From Lophium mytilinum (Eukaryota), in NCBI GenBank assembly GCA_010093605.1, contig MU004197.1, positions 1,302,001 through 1,366,000 on the forward strand: 64,000 nt of DNA. Reading direction: 5' to 3'. The number at the start of each line of letters is the position of its first letter. Position 1 is the first letter of the stretch. Positions 24,499 to 37,300 of this stretch are shown here, in pieces. Position numbers and translations under genes: made by a program. Below the pieces are notes generated by a model, which ran no database searches, was not told where the DNA came from, and worked only from the letters and a program-made list of their open reading frames with translations.

Positions 24499-25643
24499 GC
24501 TGGAGATTCGGGGACAAGTCCGGGAGAGTCAACGCCATGCCTTTTAAAGGACTACTACATCCACAATACGAGGTCTAAGCGGGAGAACCCTTATGGGGCC
24601 TACAGATAAGATAGATTGTGTCCAAGACATCTGAATATTCTCCGGGGCGAGAAGAACACACTCCCGCTGCCTGTGATCTAGCCTCTCGTCGTGGCCATTC
24701 AAGATCCGTAGCCTCTTTTCTCTTAAGCTTACTCACACCAGGGACACCTCAAAATATGACATTTCCTGCAATTTCTGTCTATGCCATTCATATCTTTGCC
24801 GTATCCGCGTCAACAGGAGCGCCAGTTGCAGTAAGGAATTGACATATATATGCCTGATCATCACAGAGTCTCTTCGATCCCTTCAAGGCAGTGTTGAATA
24901 TACGAATGGACTTATCAGCTCACGGGTACAAATAGCCCAATGTATGAGAGTGACAAATAATATGTTCAAGCTAGAACTTTGATGCCAGCACATCCATCGC
25001 CACGTCTTTGCTTCAGTCATCACACCCACTGCAACCTCTCAACTAGCCGCAGACACAGTTTTGTAAATATATTTTCTCAACTCTCATGCACACCGCACGA
25101 TTAAGCCCTTTCATAATTCACCATACCCCAGGTAATCGAACGCAGATATTCGTACACTGCTTAGATCTCCACTTCCGAGAGTTGTCGCAGTAAAAGTCCT
25201 TACTATCAACTTTCGCAATTCAATCGCAGCGAAAACAGCGCGGAGAGTAGCATTTCGATGTTGGTTTGGTGATGGGTATCAAGAACAAAGGTTGGAGTTC
25301 GAATTTAAAGGGACAGGGCTGTCATAAGATCGAATGCTTCAATTAAGTCGTAGAAAAAAGAAAGGGTTCAGGGATAGACTTTTGTATTAATGATTAAAGA
25401 TTAAGGCAGGGTAAAAGGGAGAAGTCCAGTCGCCCAGACTCGCTATCAACCTACCCAAGCCGTGAAGCAAAACGCCAACGCCAACTCCGAAATGTCAAAC
25501 CCGTGATTCTAGCATAGTGTTTCGCTATGCCATCATCCTCTCCTTCACCAAGCCCATACACAATCCCTGGGTCTCACGCTTCCTCCTAAAGAGTTCATAG
25601 GAGGATGTTCTCAGACAAGGGCCTTGGCGTCCATGTCGCCGGA

Positions 25644-25763
25644 TTAAAAGGTACAGTTGCTGCACCTCGTGCTCTTGCAGCTGGCGCAGCAAATGTTCAC
25701 ACCGTTTTGATTCCCGGCGTACCCGCATTTGCAGCACTTCCACTTGTAGTTGGCGGCTGGCAT
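25644..25763 (-). CDS. 39-aa Cys-rich microprotein MPAANYKWKCCKCGYAGNQNGVNICCASCKSTRCSNCTF
   Basis: AAAAAATG start context; 8 Cys in a WxCCxC...CxxC..RCxxC pattern; upstream TATAAAAG and A/C-rich leader; not in the supplied ORF track. Confidence 0.75.
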   Translation of the reverse strand: MPAANYKWKCCKCGYAGNQNGVNICCASCKSTRCSNCTF

Positions 25764-25975
25764 TTTTTGATTTTCGTTTTAGTAGCAGTGGTGGTGGTGG
25801 TAGGACTAGTATATAGCTTAGTGGTGGTTTTTTGTTTATAGCTTTGACTTTCAAGGTTTGGAGCTGTGGCTGTTTCGACTGTTTTAGTGCTTTGGAGTTT
25901 GTATAGTGCTAATATTTGGATTTTGGTTGCAGATGTTGATTGTGGATGATGGAGAAAGAGGGTTCTGAACCTACT

Positions 25976-25983
25976 CTTTTATA
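25976..25983 (-). promoter_or_regulatory. Canonical TATA box (TATAAAAG) upstream of the microprotein gene
   Basis: The plus strand reads cttttata, about 215 bp upstream of the ATG. Confidence 0.6.
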
Positions 25984-26359
25984 CCTGAAATTGGGAGAGG
26001 GAGGTGAGGTGGCTGTCCGCTGTTTGCACGACGCCAACGCTTGAGGAATACAGGTCGGTTCTTGACGTATCTCTACAGTGGTCCAGTAAGTGGAGTACAA
26101 GTAGCGTGACACGAACGACTAGCACTGTCAGAGCATTGGCTACGCGACACGTGGATGCACTGGCACTGTATGCTGGAGAGCGGCATTGGAGTGAAGAGAA
26201 ATCGTGAAGGCAGAACCTGAGCACTGCTACCAACGCAACTATACTGACGACCCTGGGCCATGCGATAAGTCCAGCGCAACAAATTCTCGAGCGCAAAGCA
26301 CTCATACCATCCTCCGAAGTAAGCCAGCCCACTTATCGAGGGCTTCGTATTCGGATCTC

Positions 26360-26908
26360 CTATTCCTGCTCGCCCTCCTTCTTGATATCGAGATTGTAGT
26401 CCGACAAGATACGCACCCCACACCCCTCTCCCTTATCTCTCTCCTTTCTTGCCTGCTCCATTCTCTCCCACATAGCCTGTAAACCCCCCTGCTCTTCGAT
26501 CCTCTTCCTCGCCTTCTCCTTCTCCTCTTCAGGTAGTGGCGGCGGCAACTCACTCTTATCTGGCTTCCACCACTGCACCTCCGGTACCTTCGTTCCATCC
26601 ACTCCACGAAAGCTATCTTCAGACTTCTGGTCAAAGGGAAAGCGGTCCTTCATCGCCTTGATGAGGCGTGGCGGGAATGGAATTGCGTCGGTGACCTCGC
26701 GGTCGGCGGAGAGCGAACGCATGATGCCATCATGGCCGAGGTGCCAGATACCCATAAGAGAAGGGCTATGTCGGAGGGTCCTGAGCTTTTTGCTGAGCTC
26801 TTGTTGGTCGGGAGGGAGGTCTGCATCCTTGATCGGGGTGGCGTTGGCCCAAGGGTTTGGAGGGGCGATGTCGTTATCGGGAGGGCTGGGGGCGGTCTCA
26901 GGAGCCAT
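26360..26908 (-). CDS. Hypothetical fungal protein, 182 aa
   Basis: Clean ORF; HLGHDGIMRSLSADREVTDAIP resembles a recurrent fungal uncharacterised motif. Confidence 0.72.
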   Translation of the reverse strand: MAPETAPSPPDNDIAPPNPWANATPIKDADLPPDQQELSKKLRTLRHSPSLMGIWHLGHDGIMRSLSADREVTDAIPFPPRLIKAMKDRFPFDQKSEDSFRGVDGTKVPEVQWWKPDKSELPPPLPEEEKEKARKRIEEQGGLQAMWERMEQARKERDKGEGCGVRILSDYNLDIKKEGEQE

Positions 26909-29221
26909 ACTTAGCAGACAGAAGGTTTTCTGACGGTGGAGATTGCAAAATGGAGGATGGTTGAGAAAGGCGAAACGTTCATCGATGCTGTCTTATATCA
27001 GAACGATTGTCAGCCGTGTCTGGGATACCTAGGGAAGCTACCTTTGTAACGGACCGGTCCACTGACTTAAAAGTCCTGATTGGCCCCTCGCACAAATACG
27101 TCTAGGGTCCCTTGGGGACAGTCTTGCCATTGGTCGGCCCATATCAAAACCCAGTCGGATTCTGTGGATGTTCAGCCAGGGTGTGATCCTGCCGACGACT
27201 AAGGCTGCTGCCGAGTCTGCCTCGCCGAAACGGGCACATGATCTTCTCAGAAGTGGCAAAAGTTTGTGTTTCGGATATAGAGATCTCCGGCACAGAGCTG
27301 CGAGGCCGAATGATAAGCTGATGGATAAGGTACTCGCGTCAGGTACGGAATGTAGTATGTCAGAATATTTGGCCTTGACTGGTGCAGTGGTGCTAATGAA
27401 TCAACGGATTCGAGTTTACATTGCAGTTGCATCAATATCTTGGAACTCGGAACTACCAGATGAGGTTCAAATGACGCCGGAAGGTGCGATATTGGCTCCG
27501 TAAGAATGAATGAATTCTCACTCTCCGGAAATTCAAATCAGTGATCGATTTGCTGTCAGTCGCCTAGCGTCAAAAGTACAACATGTACCAATTGTTGATG
27601 AGAGGTGTTTCAAGAATTGTGGCATGAAGTTCGCATTAGACCGTAAAGCCCGCGGTTTCAATGTTCTGGAGTGGGAATTGCTTCGATCCCAATGCTGCCC
27701 TAGCAAAGCGATCACGGTTGCACATGAGACGCATTTAGACTGCACAACCGTGGCGAGGGATGCGTCAAGCAACACGATGTCCGCTTGCAGCGACGGCATC
27801 GTAGCTGAGGCAGAGCCAGAGCCAGAGTCAGACTAGTTTCAAAGCTATGAGGGAAGGATTAATCCATGTCAAAGAGTCAAGCCCAAACCGACGTGAACCC
27901 ATTTCAAGATAATGAAAGATAGCAGACGAAAACATCGTTGGTTGTAATGCGAAAGCGTAGCATACGCCCAAAAGAAAAGAGCACAAACATACAACCAGAG
28001 AAAGAGCTTAACATGCAAGTGCCTTATACCAAAGCCCAGTTGCGTCCTTCAAGCACATAAAACATAAGCAACACGCAATGAGACCAAAGAAAACATCATG
28101 AAAGTCGTTGATCTCTTTTTTTGGAGGCCGGGGTTTCACAGTTAAACGTATGGGTTGCCGAAGCTTCGTATATCTTGAGCTTGTGTGGCTTTATTCTTCC
28201 TCGGAAGGCGTCGTTTCGTATCTCTCGTCTTGCAGTACGTTTTCGTATTCCGAACGGTTTTCATCGTCGGATTGCACTGCCGCTTCATTCTTATTTTCGT
28301 TCTCGTCCTCATCTTCATCATCGGATGGCGGAGTCCTACATCGTGGATCAGTCAGCATGAGCTCGTTGAAATGCTGCAAAATACATTGGTCTCGGAGATG
28401 TTGATCCAGCGCGAGGAGAGAAGACACCATTCAATTCCCAGGGTGGATCATGGTGAAACGGGATTATTTGATAGCATGGCACCAAATGGCACCTAAATGG
28501 GAAGCGGTACGGTTTTGGACCTCATCCCAATACGACGCTGGGATTGGAACTGCGTCGTAATCATCCAATTTCACTGTCATTTACTCCATCTATATGATGC
28601 AAAGAAAAAGAAACGGAATCTTCAACGACGAAGATTCCAAAGGGAGTATTTAATATTAACTCATCCCGAATGGTGATTACCTATGTATCCATGGTCCCTC
28701 GTAGTTCTCGTGATATATGCGCAATACAAAGCTGAGGAAAGGCGAAGAAACGGACCGGGTATCGAAATCGTTTATAAAGCACCAATAACGAGATCCCAGA
28801 TGACGTAACTGTTGGTGGCCGAATCCGAAAAACAACAATGACGATTCAGCGGTGCTGTGATCCAAATTGAAAAGGCCTCTCCAATGTAACCGTTCTTTCC
28901 CTCTTTCGATCAACATGGAAAATAGTAAATAGACCGCCAGGATAAGATCGCCGAGATCCCAGGTATGAAATGTCACTCTCCCGATTCCTATCCTTCCAAC
29001 GCAAGCGAGATTTTGCGGAAACGGTATGTATCCTGGCATCCTCCGATTGGACCTGGGGTGGAAGATCACAAGTGCTAGATGCACTTGACACGGGCAGAGA
29101 AGACAGAACCTGGGAGTAGTAGGCGGTAAAGAGCAATGTGACATCTTTTGACATTCGCAGGACAGGTCTAATTCCACGGAGAAACGGTAGAAGGGTTGGT
29201 GGAGTTCCACATCCAAGCTGG

Positions 29222-30626
29222 TCAGGTATCCGGAAGAAAGCTATAACCTTCTTTAGAACTGCCAGGGCTCTGGTCCATTCCGTGGCTAGTGTGGAATGTT
29301 TCGAAGAAGGGATTATATTGAGAATTGAAACCATTACTCAACATTTGATTTTGAAAAACAAAAGGACTGGGAAAATTTCTTCTAGGGTAGCTAGAAGAAA
29401 AAGGGACTTCCATGGTTCCGTGGACACGCAAACCTTCCGTTCCATAGCTTGGATCATGCGTAATCGGTGAAGGTTGAGAATCCCAAGTACCATCCGGATG
29501 AGCGGGCAACAAAAAGGCAGCTTCTGGAAAAATGCCTGTATGAAATTCCTCATGGAACGAAGTGACGGGTGCCTGTACGTACATCTGTCCATTCGTTTCT
29601 GCGCCCAAGCTCGCATCATTTTTCAATGGCGTTTCAATGAGACCTTGCTCAGCCATATCTTCAGTTGCAGTAACGCGAACGCCCTGATGCATATCCGCGG
29701 GTGATGTATTTGGTGTTTGTGCAAGGCGTAACGGTTGCGAGTTTGACTGAGGATGATCGTCAATCTGGCCAGAGGCGGGAGATTTGAATTCAGGACCAGG
29801 TGTAGCTAATGGGTTTATTCTAATTGCCAGATGTCAGTAATATAAAGGTAAATATACTCCTCCGGTAAAGATACCTCTTCGTCTTCCTCTTATTTCGCCC
29901 TCCCGGTTTCACTGGCTGTGGTGTATCGTCATCAGTCTTATGCTGATGTGTACACTGCGAATAGTGTTAGCAAAGATGAATACATGTTTGAGGGTAGGGA
30001 ATTACTTTGCGTTTGTGCATCTTGCACGACTCGCATGCTCCATTTAGCCTCCGGCGTTTGTATTCTCCGCGTTCCCGCTCGTTCATTTGTCGCCGTCTTT
30101 TGCGTGTCGGAGCGCTACCATCGGACGTACGCCAAATCGAGACCATTTCCTCCATGGCGGGAACAAATTTATTAGAAGAGATGAGGCTGATGCTCGTCGG
30201 TACGTGTTTGGTAACCCTCCTATCGGCTGTTGGGTTTGGCATTGGCGGTGACGAGTCAGACTCTGGAGAGGTGACCGGCGAAGAATGGTCATCCGAGCTG
30301 GAAGCTGACGTGCTTCGATGTTCGACACCCGTCCTCCCTGTGAGCGTGGGAGTCTGGATGTTTAGCTTGTCGGCATAGTCACCAGCAGTGGCAGGACCCT
30401 CCGCGCCACCCTCCAGCTCAGTGGACAAAAAGTCTATTATAGCCCGAATTTTGCGCTGCGCATGGTTCTTTAGATTCGGGTAAGCTGTCCGCAGCTCATC
30501 GAAGAGCTCATCGGAGTCGGCAGATGGAGAAAATACGAGACCGGCGGAAGGATTGTTTGGGTCAACGCCAAATCTTCCATCGCGGTAAACCCGGTAATTG
30601 ACAGGCGATAAGTTGAGCCCAGCCAT
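29222..30626 (-). CDS. Putative transcription factor with a truncated Zn-cluster-like motif; 3 exons
   Basis: KRRRLNGACESCKMHKRK|CTH across an intron; the second intron splices in frame into ORF 29222-29692; N-terminal DELFDELRTAYP domain. Confidence 0.65.
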
Positions 30627-32096
30627 CTTCCAAGAGTTTACCTAGGTGGCAGAAAAACAGCTGATACGCAAGAGTCACAGCATACCTCCCCTCAAACACT
30701 CGAATCACTTGGGCGGTGTAAGCTAACGAAGGCTGACGTTACGGAAGGCAAACTCACGTGGAATAGCTGCCAATGATAGATTGCAAAGGTCCAACAATAG
30801 GACATAAGTTTGTGGAAGCGATCGGTTGTATAAGATGCGATATGAAGTTTATTCGAAAGATGCAACACCGCACACAGGAAAAGTCTCGCCACGTGACCAC
30901 GATTGCTTTAGACCACCGCTTCACGACACCAATGATAATCCTAAAGTCTCCGAAACGACAAACCAAATCCAAAATACTCGTGAAGCCCAGAAGTCTACGA
31001 CACAAAGCTAAGAGAAGAAAAGAGGGGTGAGGTAGGGGGAGTAGTGATTACCAACTCGACGCACTCAACACGGTGAGGGTGCGAACCAGGCCGCAAGGCA
31101 ACAAGGCGGACTCGCATATTCGTAAGTAATTGCCCCAATTGGACACCGATAAGACGCTCCATGCACGAATCCTTCCCCAAGAGCGCTGACAGTGCCCCAT
31201 GACTTTCTGCAACTCATCCGACTGGATTTGCAGCTGCGAGCGTTGTTGCTCAGGCTCTCACCGTGCAGCTCGATTCATGCAGGCGTGCCCAAGTGTGCAA
31301 GGAGCCAACTCGTATTGAGGCACCGCAAAGCACTAGACGCTCCTGTATTTGAGCTTTTGCCCGATGAGGTAAAACGGTGAGAGGCTGACGGCACAGATAG
31401 TTGTTGATGTCGGAAAAGGTTTCTTCGTTCAACCACCGCGATACGCCGAATGGAGACCGCGCGCGGCAAGGTCGCAAAGGATCCTGCAGCTTTTCTCTTA
31501 AGGGGAATATCTGCTTCCGGGGCGTAATTGGACATGGATTGGAGGCCACAAAACTAAATGTGGTTGTTGTAGTAATGAACGACATTGGTTTGGGTTGGGC
31601 TTCCAAAATCGGAGCCCGATCCTTGGAAGATGTCCCGTCACGTGAGGACCACGTTCGATATCTTCATATACCCCCTAAGTCATACAAATCTACTAGCAAT
31701 GCTCTCCTTAAGAGTAACATGAAATCAGCTACATATGGCGGATTTCTGTTTGTTTCCTGTGTTCTGATCGACACGTGACCCTTTAGCTCACTGCTTTTGC
31801 TCACCCAACCTCATCCTGTCATTATCCTCAATTGCAGCGATCCCTAGGTGACTGAGAAGCAGTCGCTACTTAATACGTCTGGACATGCGCTCTGTGCGCA
31901 ATAGACCGAGACCGTCGGCGAGAGGATCAAAACCTGTTCTGAGTTTCACCGACATGAGCATCATCAATCTTAGCTCTCGAGGATGTCCTAACGTATCTTT
32001 CACGACTTCTCTTGAGCTAGAATTGGGAGGACACATCCCCGAGATGGACTTTTCCCGCAAGTCAGGGTTCTTTTTCCACTACAAGGCAACCAACTT

Positions 32097-34074
32097 TCAT
32101 TGCCGCGTTGTATATTCGTAATCCTTTTGTAGTGGCACCACAACCCCTTGATAAAACCGTTCTCTGAAATGGTCGTCTGTAAGGCTATACGAAGAGCTGT
32201 CGAAGTTGCAGTGGATACATCTGTGGACTGCGTCAAAGTAATTAGCGAGCTCGCGGTCGCGAAGTGCGTCCGCAAGGCGGCCGGCGACAGAGAACTCGGT
32301 CCAAACGGTGCGCTTCCCATCATCATCCCAGTCCTCAGTAGTTTCAAACGCGGAAGTAGGCTTGCCATAGGAGATCTCCAGTAAAGCTACACCAAGGGCG
32401 AAGATGATACTGTTCTTCACGAAACAAAGTCTCTTACGGTGCGGAGGCGTGGAGTCTGGTGTAGGTTTGAAACTCTTCGACACGTATGGCTGATCGGAAA
32501 GCAGTGCATTATTGGAGTTTTCGACAACATATATATCCTTCATGGTCCATGTTTCGCTTAGCCAAGGCGTTCCGTGGAGCTGGAGGACAGCGGTAGCCAG
32601 TGTGAGCGCAATTCTGCACCTGCTGAGATATTAGTGGGTGATCGACAGCCGAACTTACTATGCTTACTTCTCTTTAATCTGAAATCCATTTCGGGATTGG
32701 CCATGAAGTACTTCTTCGAGCGACACAGTCTTGCCTGCCGTTCTACTTGGTATTGGTAACGTGATTGAGTGGATGTGATGTTTTGTCGCAGCATCGCTTA
32801 GAATCCCCAGACAACACATGCCTTGCGCGTGGCCTTTCAAAGCCTTGCAGAGGTCATCAATCTTAGGTGCCGTTAGTGCGCATTTCTGCCAAAGTGTGTG
32901 TCGCTGTGGAGCCGGTGGCAAGACAAATGTGGGAGTTTTCGAAGCTCGTGGTGCTGTCCTGCTAGTGATGCATTAGCGATCTTGTAAATCCTTATATATA
33001 ACTCTTAGAAGAAGGTCGCTAGTTATTTCACGCACGGAACTTTGGTACCGTCTCATAGACCAAGGTCGTTTAGAGTTGGTGCCCAGAGGAAATGGGCAAG
33101 GCTTACGGATGATGATACTCGTCTCCTTCTGGCTCTATTTCTACAGCGCGCCAATGCCATGGGAGGGCTGTAGGACGTGCAGATACTTCAAATGAGAATA
33201 AGAATCTAAATGTGCTCCATTGTTCGATTCCGCGTTCTTTTCGCAGGTCGAGCCGCAGATTGGCCTGATGAAGATGCTGGCAAGCGCATTGAGGAGACCA
33301 TCGGGTAAAGAAGCTGTTATACAATGCCTCGGCCTGCGTACGCAGGCTGTTCCAGTACTTAGAGTTTGCTTTGCGTTTTCGTTCGAATCGAAGAGGTTCG
33401 AGGGCAATCGCGCCTGCTGTTAGGATAGATATCCGGCTGATATTGGTATCAATTTCGGACAGCAACAGCTTGTACTTGTCCGCACTGAATCCACCTCTTA
33501 CTCGCGTCAATGGATTTTTGAAGAAGTCTTCGCGGGCTCTCACATCGACGATGTTGTTCTGGTCAATCCATTGTGGCTAAGAGGCTTTAGTCCAGAGCGT
33601 CACTGGTAGCACAATGAATGCACTAACCTTGAAGTTTTGCTTTAACCTCAGCTTCTGGCCAAAAAGGACGACTCTTTTATTGAGCTGTTTTACTGAAGTT
33701 CTGAACGGCAAGTAGTTGGAGCCGAGCCGTTCTCGAAGTCGTTCGCTGAGACCAACATCCTCCCAGGCACTGCCATCAATCTTTTCGAGTAATTCATAGA
33801 GCTGAGAGTCCGGCAGAGCAAGGGGACCGAGCAACTCTTCGCAAGAGTTCCGGTATATCGATAGGCTAGTAATAAGAGACACATGAAGGTCATCAAACAC
33901 CCCTTCGTACTTTTTCATGCTCTTTATTGTCGCGACCTATGTCTCCGTCAGCCTTGCACCCCAAGATCAGCATTACTGAGAAGCAGTGATTACCCCATCG
34001 GCATAATGTTCTAGAGCACTAATTATTAGCGGAATCGACCCCAGCACAGCTCCTGCAATCTCGAAGCCAGACAT
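32097..34074 (-). CDS. HeLo-like N-terminal domain plus DUF7580-type (kinase-like) C-terminal domain protein, multi-exon
   Basis: N-terminus MSGFEIAGAVLGSIPLIISALEHYADG; LATAVLQLHGTPWL, IFALGVALLEISYG, YFDAVHRCI and FYQGVVVPL; GT-AG introns link ORFs 33577-33918, 33103-33543, 32664-32921 and 32097-32543. Confidence 0.82.
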
Positions 34075-34320
34075 GTTGGGCGCTAACAGTGTGAATAGAG
34101 AAGAAGGTAAGTTGGTAGGAGAAAAAGCATGGGGTCAGTATTCTATGGCCCGTGCGTGCGGGGCCTGGGGGCCATTTCACTGCCCTGCTGCACGCACCCT
34201 TCAAGTCTAACCTTGGGAACTGCATCTTCATCACATCGACATCGTGGTCACGTCAGATATACACCAACGCAGGGGAGAATATGGGTAAAGGTGTCTCCTG
34301 AGTCTTTTCTTTTAGCCGCC

Positions 34321-37300
34321 ATGGAAGGGTCCATCGCTGAATCGCACACTGTATGCCTTGATTTATTCGCAGCCTTGCTGAGCGTCATCAAACAGCATTC
34401 TACAAGTCATGCACTACTCGAGACTGATATTCAAGATGAATTCGACAAGTATAGTATGTGGGCGGGAAATGTCGGTGCTGCCTTCTCCGGACAGAACTAC
34501 AAGCGTTCCTTAGATTATCGGCTTAGAGAAGCTTCCTTTTACAAGGAGCAGGTATGTGAATTATCTCAAATCTCAAATCTTTTCGTTTCGGCCATCTTAG
34601 CTCATATCAACTTCTTTACTCTTCATCCTTGCTGCACTTCAACTCGGTTAGGGCCGCCAATATTCGTGACTGGATTACTCGAGGTACCGCCGATAGTATT
34701 CAGCCTTGGCGAGTAGAGGCCAGACGTTCCAGGCTCTGGATAGAGACTAACGATCAAACCTTGGACTTAGGTATTGAAGCTCTTGGAGAGTCTGCGTGGA
34801 GTGGTGAGTAATCGTCTGCATACACATGCAAACCTTCATGAAATGACCGTCGCTGAATCAAAGAACGAACTAGATTCACAAAGGTATTTGTCCCTGGCGG
34901 CCGTTTCCACGATTAGTGTACATATTGCTGACACACAAGCACAGCGGTGTCTATTCTCAACGGCAACAAAGTACCATTTGATGAATTATCGGAGTCTGAA
35001 TCAGACACGCTTGCCGATGACCAAAGTGGGGAGGACTCTCCTTGGGAGATATCCTCCAGCTCGGAGGAAGAGGACATGGACGTCGTAAAAGAACATCCGC
35101 CAGCGCCAAAAATTTCTCGTTCGAGCGTCATCAAGCTAGAACAGACCGTCGCTCCCTCCTCGCTGCCCGGAACACAAACAGAATTACGCCAATTGATGCA
35201 ATCAGTCAGCTTTACCGTTACATGTCTTTGGCGGATTCCTATTCGTAGACCTGCTCCGATCGATCGAATCAAGGATAAAAGTGCAGCCGAGACGTCGTAT
35301 TATCAACCGTTCGATATCTTGTACGTGAAGGATAAATTACCATTCGTTGATGAGAGCGTCGCAAATCGTCTTGGCAAGTTGATATCGAAACGACGTCAGA
35401 TAATGCAATACCGCAAGGGCCATACCGATGCATTGCAATCTATTACCATTGAGCCTAGGCACACGGCAGAGCGACGCGTTGCCGAGTTAGGTGGTACGAC
35501 TAGTGTAGGAGATTTAACGGCGCCTTCAAAGAGCGCGCCAAGTCGTCAGACACAAGAGGAAAAGGCCACGACTTTGAGACTGCCTCGAAACGAAATGGAG
35601 CTCCAAGATGTATCTCGACTTTATGCACCTTCGATGCCCGAGTCAAGGACCACGGCGGCTTCCGACCAGGCCGCAAATACGGAGCGAGTCATTATTCCGC
35701 CACGGCCTGTTGGGAAGAACGGCAAGCCTCTCGAGCAGTTCGTATGTCCTTATTGTTCCGTGACTCAGATCATCAAGTCCGAACGGAGTTGGAAGTAAGT
35801 TGAAGCGACCAGCATAGAGTTAGGTATCAATTAACTGTTTCAGAAAACACGTCTTGGAAGATTTGCAGCCCTACGCCTGCACTTACCCAGCATGTGAGCT
35901 ACAGGAGTACTTATTCGAAAACAGAGAGGAGTGGAACAATCACGAGACACAGCATCACCGACTCGAGTGGAGCTGCAATACCCAAGATCACCAATGCTTC
36001 GTAGAACTTCCTAGCTTCCTGGAGCATATGGCAGGAATCCATGACAGTTCTTTGAACGAACGCCAGATTCAAGCTTCGCGAGGTATGTTCCAGCGCCCGG
36101 TTCAAAGCCATTCGGGTGTGTGCACGCTTTGTCACAAGCAAGCGACTAAACTGAAGATTCACGTGTCTCGTCATTTGGAACAAATGTCTCTATTTGCTAT
36201 ACCACCCGCAGACATGATGAAAGACCTCGACTCGGACATTTCCGGGTCTGGTCTTTCACATCGAAACATCAATGGTTCCAAATCTAAGAAAGCCTTGTCC
36301 AGAGGATCAGGAAGCCTCTCGCGCATTTCCGATGATGTAGTCTCTCATGATGACGCTGGCACACTTGCGCATCCGCCAAATGGACATTGGGAACATGTCC
36401 AATGGACCCATAGATCTTTTGAGGAATGCCGGGCACTCGGACTAAAACCTCAGTGGGAGAAACTGATGCAAGCAACATTTCCGAAAGAAGTTGGGATGCT
36501 TGTGGTCGAGAAAGTGTTTCCAGCGAGGCCTATGGAGATCGATCTTACAGCGGGCGACATGCTAATCACGGTCAACAAAACACTAGTCGCAACCATCGAC
36601 CGCCTAAATCAGATCTTAGATGATAACGTCGACGGAAAATTTCCCGCGTTGGTTCAAAGGGGTCGCGAGGACGTTAACCTTGATGGTCGGGGACTTGAAA
36701 TCGTTACCAAGTCGGCAGACGACCTAGACATTAAGCAGACGTCCGTTCCTGATATGGACGTGGACGAGAGCACTTTGGACAACTCTTGGGACCATATCAC
36801 TCCAAAATTCCGAGAAGCACGTGCTGCGATGTATCCCGAACTACTCGCACAGCCACCTGTTTCGGCTGAGCAAGCTCTTGAAGGGGTAACAGGCCCTAGA
36901 TTGATGCTGCCCCAGATTCTCACCTACTCACCACGGCAAGGCCAAGCTGGGGACAACTTCTCCCTTGAATTAGGAAGTCAAGTCGACATTCTTGGAAATG
37001 TATTGCCGTCTGCTCCGTACGGTAAGAGATTAGACACCATAATACTGCAAACCTCTCCCTCCGCCAACAATGCGCCGTCGCCAAACGAGCGACCGCGACT
37101 TAGGACTGGCTTCAACGGCCAACTGCTAGCTAAGGCCCAAGCATTTGCCTCATCCATGTCGCCTTCAGATGGTCAAGCCGCGACATCCCCTCCAGGCCAG
37201 TCACCGGGGGATCAAGCTCTCCAGGACTACCGGGAGCAGCTCAAGCTCCTAGACCAGGAGAACAAGAAGCGCCTTGTGATAGCTCGCCAAGAGCAAGACA

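Noticed and set aside
28191..29216. Minus-strand ORF fragments downstream of the putative TF, including an acidic tail
   Set aside because: They could be a frameshifted extension or a pseudogene, but I found no consistent splice model or recognisable motif
30690..32060. Short ORFs between the TF and the DUF7580 gene
   Set aside because: No recognisable domain and mutually overlapping; probably intergenic or decayed
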